From a virus (taxonomy: Duplodnaviria > Caudoviricetes), in IMG/VR virus record IMGVR_UViG_3300030330_005091, positions 64,001-128,000 of that record: a DNA stretch of 64,000 nucleotides; one strand, 5' to 3'. Shown piece after piece: positions 62,782-64,000 of the stretch; positions within the stretch are counted from its first letter, which is position 1, and each line of letters starts with the position of its first letter. Position numbers and translations under genes: made by a program. The notes beneath the pieces were generated by a model. The model was not told the origin of the DNA, did not search any database, and saw only the letters and a list, made by a program, of their open reading frames with translations.

Positions 62782-64000
62782 GCTAATAACCTAAATGTTT
62801 TACCGACTGCATAGGTGGAGAACCCCCAATTTTCGTCGTAGTTAAGTCTCGCCATGTAAGGACGGTTAAGATGAACACGATCCTTTTCTGGTTTGATACC
62901 CCAGCATCGAATTCTAGTCAGTTCATTATTGGAATCGATAACTTCTACGATCCAATAATCTTTACCTTTCTTCGTTTTTCTTGGGATGATTTTGCGCGGA
63001 ATAAACCAACACACCTGAAGTTCTTGGTCGAATTCAGAAATCGGTGGGATAAATTTATCCTGCAGCCTTTGGACCGTTTCGGCACTAATGACCAAATTCA
63101 TGGGGAACACACCGGTTAGTTCAGACTTAAATTGTATAATCTCTTCTTCACTAAAATCGCCTTCTGGGCGATATGTCTCCATGTTGTCCGATAGCTTTTT
63201 CAGATTCTTTGGCCTATCCACAATACATGCAGACCAAAAGTGTTTGCGGCCTGTGAATCGGTCGTCCACAATGTTGTCCAGCGCACCGCCGCGACAGAGC
63301 GCGTCTAAAGACTTCTTGTTAAGTTTTGAATAGGTAATATTTTCATTGAACAACAAATCCTCAGCATTTGTAATTGGGCGGTTAGCCAAAATCTGTTCAA
63401 TCGCTGCCATACCCAGACCCTTGATAGAGGTCAGGGGTTGAATCAAAGTCTTGCCATCTTCGCTGATCTCCCAGACTGTGCCAGACTTGTTGACATCCAA
63501 GGGTGCGATGTTGAAACCATATTGCTTGGCGATGTTAATGGCCTTCTCCTTGCGTGTCTCAGGCTCCTTGTCCAAGAATGCAGCCATCCACTCTGCCGGG
63601 TAGTAGTTCCACAACCAAGCACACTGGTATGAAATGATAGAATATGACACGGCATGTGACTTGTTGAAACCATATCCTGAGAAGTATTCAAACTTATCCC
63701 AGAGAGCTTGTGCCTCGTCACGGTCGATGTTCTTCTCAACACAGCCGCTGATAAACTTGTCATGCAACTTGCCCTTAACAGAGCCCTTGCCGGTTCCCTT
63801 CTTGGTCAACACCTTACGGAGCATGTTGCCTTCATCAAGAGTTAGACCACCGAGCTTGTGGGCCAGCAATGCAATCTGCTCTTGGAAAATCAGGAAGCCA
63901 AATGTCTCTTCAGTAATCTCTCTTGCTTCTTCAGATAGGTAGCTGATTCGCTGTGGGTGCCCCTTGGCTTCAACGTAGTCACCGTCAACACCTGCAGAAA
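62778..64000 (-). CDS. dnaE: DNA polymerase III alpha subunit, 3' part (starts beyond window)
   Basis: FGFLIFQEQI, FSGYGFNKSHAVSYS, PLTSIKGLG, OB-fold C-terminus. Confidence 0.92.
   Translation of the reverse strand, partial: SAGVDGDYVEAKGHPQRISYLSEEAREITEETFGFLIFQEQIALLAHKLGGLTLDEGNMLRKVLTKKGTGKGSVKGKLHDKFISGCVEKNIDRDEAQALWDKFEYFSGYGFNKSHAVSYSIISYQCAWLWNYYPAEWMAAFLDKEPETRKEKAINIAKQYGFNIAPLDVNKSGTVWEISEDGKTLIQPLTSIKGLGMAAIEQILANRPITNAEDLLFNENITYSKLNKKSLDALCRGGALDNIVDDRFTGRKHFWSACIVDRPKNLKKLSDNMETYRPEGDFSEEEIIQFKSELTGVFPMNLVISAETVQRLQDKFIPPISEFDQELQVCWFIPRKIIPRKTKKGKDYWIVEVIDSNNELTRIRCWGIKPEKDRVHLNRPYMARLNYDENWGFSTYAVGKTFRLLA

Noticed and set aside
1-64000. Plus-strand ORFs in the track (e.g. 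23519-24148, 22216-22770, 50831-51289)
   Set aside because: All are antisense shadows of well-supported minus-strand genes, with no recognisable motifs
1-64000. Diversity-generating retroelement or retron behind the variable mini-genes
   Set aside because: No reverse transcriptase and no TR/VR pair differing only at adenines seen
1-64000. Alternative genetic code (stop-codon reassignment) causing the many short ORFs
   Set aside because: Conserved genes are full length in code 11; short genes have their own SD/start and the next gene is in a different frame; no suppressor tRNA

Overview
64 kb of a large (jumbo-type) dsDNA bacteriophage genome. Essentially all real genes lie on the minus strand in the standard code; plus-strand ORFs are shadows. 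There are three zones. (1) 1-19.2 kb is AT-rich and encodes virion-type/late proteins: fibre and beta-propeller proteins, acidic head-type proteins, HAD, NUDIX, SNase, matrixin, trypsin-like protease, HNH nuclease and a homologue of the myxobacterial gliding protein CglF/GltF. (2) About 19.3-37.6 kb is a GC-richer early/host-takeover region of small genes driven by 16 copies of a conserved promoter cassette (TGACA-N6-TGACA-N9-[-35]-N17-TATATT). It also holds an AAA/VWA pair, five tRNAs and tandem arrays of ~55-65 aa 'MxVGDLV' SH3/KOW-like genes joined by a ~30-bp dual-coding junction repeat with a fixed 14-nt overlap. (3) 37.6-64 kb is AT-rich and encodes a nucleotidyltransferase, fibre/PA14 proteins, a 1179-aa polyprotein, PMM, cupin, GroEL, two ClpP, IMPDH/GMPR, thioredoxins, DNA methylases, dUTPase, a J-domain protein, a Cys-less QueF and the 3' part of dnaE. 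The best candidates for novel systems are the modular junction-repeat gene array, the phased-box promoter cassettes that often supply the upstream gene's stop codon, and a T4-CTS-like N-terminal signal (W-x-x-[YF]-L-x-E) on diverse enzymes. The host is probably a GC-rich Myxococcota-like bacterium (inference). All annotations come from reading motifs by eye; no searches were run.
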